From positions 1 to 7,932 of the forward strand of contig JAQVRT010000034.1 of assembly GCA_028700905.1 (NCBI GenBank): a stretch of 7,932 nucleotides of DNA. Reading direction: 5' to 3'. The position numbers and the translations under genes were made by a program. Shown here piece by piece: positions 6,018-7,932 of the stretch (within the stretch, counting starts at the first letter, position 1; every line of letters starts with the position of its first letter). Source of the stretch: Candidatus Iainarchaeum sp. Lineage in GTDB: Archaea > Iainarchaeota > Iainarchaeia > Iainarchaeales > CSSED10-239. The notes beneath the pieces are model-generated. The model was not told where the DNA came from, made no database searches, and saw only the letters and a list, made by a program, of their open reading frames with translations.

Positions 6018-6060
6018 TAGCCTTTCGCCAGGCTAGCGAGCGGATAAGGTTAACGCACAA
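6018..6060 (+). ncRNA. GC-rich structured tail resembling the 5' third of a tRNA (acceptor strand plus D-arm); a tRNA remnant, split-tRNA 5' piece or structured 3' trailer
   Basis: 23 of 43 nt are G/C by hand count, inside intergenic DNA that is otherwise almost pure A/T. Contains the hairpin TAGCCT (6018-6023) / AGGCTA (6030-6035). Alternatively it reads as GCCAGGC-TA-GCGA-GCGGATAAGGTTA-ACGC-A-CAA, which has the layout of tRNA positions 1 to ~29. It shares TAGCG, GGATAA and ACGCACAA with the same positions of the adjacent tRNA-Arg. No anticodon stem partner or T-arm follows. Confidence 0.3.
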
Positions 6061-6148
6061 TATTTAAAAATTACTTTACTTTTTATTAAATACTTTTAAA
6101 AACTATTTCTTACAATATAATATATATTATTTAAATAAATATAAAAAA

Positions 6149-6153
6149 GTGAT
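6149..6153 (+). promoter_or_regulatory. Shine-Dalgarno-like GTGAT upstream of aspS
   Basis: GTGAT at 6149-6153, 6 nt before ATG 6160. It matches the GGAGGTGATC complement of the conserved 16S 3' end. Confidence 0.4.
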
Positions 6154-6159
6154 TATAAA

Positions 6160-7563
6160 ATGTTAAGAACACATACATGTGGACAATTAAGAAAAGAAAA
6201 TGATTCTCAAGAAGTAATTCTTTGTGGATGGGTATCATCAGTTAGAAAAGCTGGTAAGAATATAATGTTTATTGATTTAAGAGATAGATATGGAACTACT
6301 CAAGTAATTATTTTAAAAGATTTAATTGAAAAATTAGATTTTTTAGATTCTATAAAACAAGAATATGTTTTACAAATAAAAGGGAAAGTACAAGTAAAAC
6401 CAAATCCAAATCCAAATTTAGAGACAGGAGAAATTGAAGTTTTAACTGAAGAAATTGAAGTTTTAAATACTTGTCAAGAACTTCCAATTGAAGTTACTGG
6501 AAATCTTTTAGCAACTGAAGAAACAAGACATAAATATAGATATCTTGATTTAAGAAGAAAAGAAATGGTTGATAATTTTATTTTTAAACAAAAAGTAATT
6601 TCTTCTTTAAGAAAATTTTTAGATTCTCAAAGTTTTTTAGATGTAGATACACCTATGCTTTGTAGAAGTACTCCTGAAGGTGCAAGAGATTATATTGTTC
6701 CATCAAGAATGAATCCAGGTTTATTCTATTCTCTTCCTCAATCTCCTCAAGTATACAAACAATCTTTAATGGTTGCTGGATTTGATAGATATTATCAACT
6801 TGCAAAATGTTTAAGAGATGAAGATTTAAGAGGAGATAGACAACCTGAGTTTACTCAACTTGATTTAGAGATGTCTTTTATTACAAAAGAAGATATTCAA
6901 AATATTTTTGAAAATATGTTAAAAGAAGTTTTTAAAGATGTTTTAAATATTGATTTAAAAATTCCTTTCCCACACATAAGTTATAAAGAATCTATGGAAA
7001 AATATAATTCTGATAAACCAGATGTTAGAAAAGATAAAACAAATAAAGATGAATTTGCTTTTGTGTGGATTGATAATTTTCCTTTATTTGAACTTAATGA
7101 AAATGAAAATAGAGTTGTTTCAGCACATCATCCTTTTACACAAGCAACAGATGATTCTTGGAATAAATTAGATTCTTGTAAAACAAAAGAAGATTATCTT
7201 TCTCTTTTTTCAGAATCTTTTGATCTTGTTTTAAATGGTGTAGAATTAGGATCTGGAGGTATGAGAATACATGATTCTGATAAACAAAAAAAGATATTTA
7301 ATATTTTAGGTCTTTCAGATGATGAAGCAAGAGAAAAATTTGGTTTTCTTTTAGATGCTTTTAAATATGGAACTCCACCTCATGGAGGTTTTGCAATTGG
7401 TATTGATCGTTTATTAATGCTTTTAAAAGGTAAAGATTCTATTAAAGACTTTATTGCATTCCCTAAAACAAAATCTGGTATTGCTTTAATGGAAAATGCC
7501 CCAAATACAATTTCAGATAAACAATTAAAAGAAGTTTTTATAAAAGTAGATCTAGATAAATAA
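6160..7563 (+). CDS. aspS: Aspartyl-tRNA synthetase, bacterial-type core, lacking the GAD insertion domain
   Basis: 467 aa.
- N-terminal OB fold: MLRTHTCGQLRKENDSQEVILCGWV...FIDLRDRYGTTQV.
- Motif 1 region: FLDVDTPML.
- TPEGARDYIVPSR and LPQSPQVYKQSLMVAGFDRYYQLAKCLRDEDLRGDRQPEFTQLDLEMSF (motif 2).
- HHPFT, LNGVELGSGGMRIH and GTPPHGGFAIGIDRLLMLL (motif 3).
- IAFPKT.
All are near-identical to the remembered bacterial AspRS consensus. Confidence 0.95.
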   Translation: MLRTHTCGQLRKENDSQEVILCGWVSSVRKAGKNIMFIDLRDRYGTTQVIILKDLIEKLDFLDSIKQEYVLQIKGKVQVKPNPNPNLETGEIEVLTEEIEVLNTCQELPIEVTGNLLATEETRHKYRYLDLRRKEMVDNFIFKQKVISSLRKFLDSQSFLDVDTPMLCRSTPEGARDYIVPSRMNPGLFYSLPQSPQVYKQSLMVAGFDRYYQLAKCLRDEDLRGDRQPEFTQLDLEMSFITKEDIQNIFENMLKEVFKDVLNIDLKIPFPHISYKESMEKYNSDKPDVRKDKTNKDEFAFVWIDNFPLFELNENENRVVSAHHPFTQATDDSWNKLDSCKTKEDYLSLFSESFDLVLNGVELGSGGMRIHDSDKQKKIFNILGLSDDEAREKFGFLLDAFKYGTPPHGGFAIGIDRLLMLLKGKDSIKDFIAFPKTKSGIALMENAPNTISDKQLKEVFIKVDLDK

Positions 7564-7582
7564 TTTTAAATTATTGTTCTAA

Positions 7583-7630
7583 CTAAATACTCTAAGTGCT
7601 TTTAAAACAAGTATTTAGAGTTCTTTTTTT
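7583..7630 (+). terminator. Hairpin plus T7 run downstream of aspS (candidate terminator)
   Basis: CTAAATACT (7583-7591) pairs perfectly with AGTATTTAG (7610-7618) across an 18-nt loop that itself contains TTTTAAAA. A T7 run at 7624-7630 follows, 20 nt after the aspS stop region. Confidence 0.45.
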
Positions 7631-7825
7631 CTTTATTTCTTGTATTCTATTTTTAAACTATTTTTAAAATAAGGGTTTTTAATATTTTATTATATTTGAT
7701 TAAATATACTATGGTTAAGTATTTAAATCTTTACTCTACTTTTTAAGTTGGGATTAAGTTTAAAAACTAAGTCTATTCTTTTAAATATATATCAATAAAT
7801 CATATTTTTTTATTGATAGTTATTT

Positions 7826-7830
7826 GGAGG
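7826..7830 (+). promoter_or_regulatory. Shine-Dalgarno GGAGG upstream of the final partial ORF
   Basis: GGAGG at 7826-7830, 11 nt before ATG 7842. An in-frame ATG at 7833 is only 2 nt away and is probably too close to be used. Confidence 0.45.
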
Positions 7831-7841
7831 AAATGGTCATT

Positions 7842-7932
7842 ATGAATAAATCATTTATTACAATGGGAAAAAGTTACGATGATGAGGATTTTGACGAGGA
7901 AGAATTTGATGAAGATTTTGAAGAAGATCTTA
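7842..7932 (+). CDS. 5' end of an ORF encoding a strongly acidic N-terminus (continues beyond the window); function unknown
   Basis: ATG 7842 (alternative 7833) opens a frame that is still open at the window end: MNKSFITMGKSYDDEDFDEEEFDEDFEEDL. It is preceded by a good GGAGG. Only 30 codons are visible, so the coding status is tentative. Confidence 0.4.
   Translation, partial: MNKSFITMGKSYDDEDFDEEEFDEDFEEDL

Noticed and set aside
5848-6060. 70-aa minus-strand ORF listed in the six-frame track
   Set aside because: It runs antisense through the tRNA-Arg gene and the GC-rich tail, and it overlaps the 3' end of the PNPOx-like CDS. Its openness is explained by the GC-rich, stop-poor tRNA sequence. 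There is no RBS and it has no recognisable protein features.
5943-6060. tRNA gene as an integration site (att) of a mobile element
   Set aside because: The repeated strings come from the 5' D-arm region, not the 3' half that integrases normally duplicate. The copies lie only ~85 nt apart with nothing between them. No integrase, transposase or foreign-looking gene is present in the window.
7711-7746. 11-codon ORF MVKYLNLYSTF in the aspS downstream spacer
   Set aside because: It has no RBS, is very short and lies in featureless AT-rich DNA. It is most likely a chance ORF.

Overview
Very AT-rich, tightly packed prokaryotic chromosomal segment of the reduced-genome type. The lineage cannot be fixed from this window: surface-protein architecture looks archaeal or DPANN-like, while the adenylate kinase and AspRS are bacterial-type by motif. 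All family calls rest on hand translation and remembered family motifs; no searches were run.

Gene order:
- 3' end of smc (1-246, +), then a 386-bp non-coding gap.
- Two tandem genes for secreted, C-terminally membrane-anchored beta-sandwich-repeat surface proteins (633-1442 and 1458-3281, +).
- Convergent on the minus strand, a tight pair: a short-type adenylate/NMP kinase (5471-4908) and a 537-aa protein with a small helical N-domain, an acidic/basic linker and a long coiled coil (4903-3290).
- Divergent from these, a small PNPOx-like split-barrel protein (5585-5941, +).
- One nucleotide later, tRNA-Arg(CCU) (5943-6017), then a 43-nt GC-rich tail resembling the 5' third of a tRNA (6018-6060).
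- A bacterial-type aspartyl-tRNA synthetase with no GAD insertion domain (6160-7563, +).
- The first 30 codons of a very acidic ORF (7842-7932, +).

I saw no CRISPR array, rRNA, transposase or integrase, and no recognisable defence genes.

Most worth a second look:
- the surface-protein pair and its shared [LI]-[ST]-G-[YF]-F-[ST]-L C-terminal signal
- the tRNA-half-like element after tRNA-Arg
- the GAD-less AspRS
- the kinase-linked coiled-coil protein
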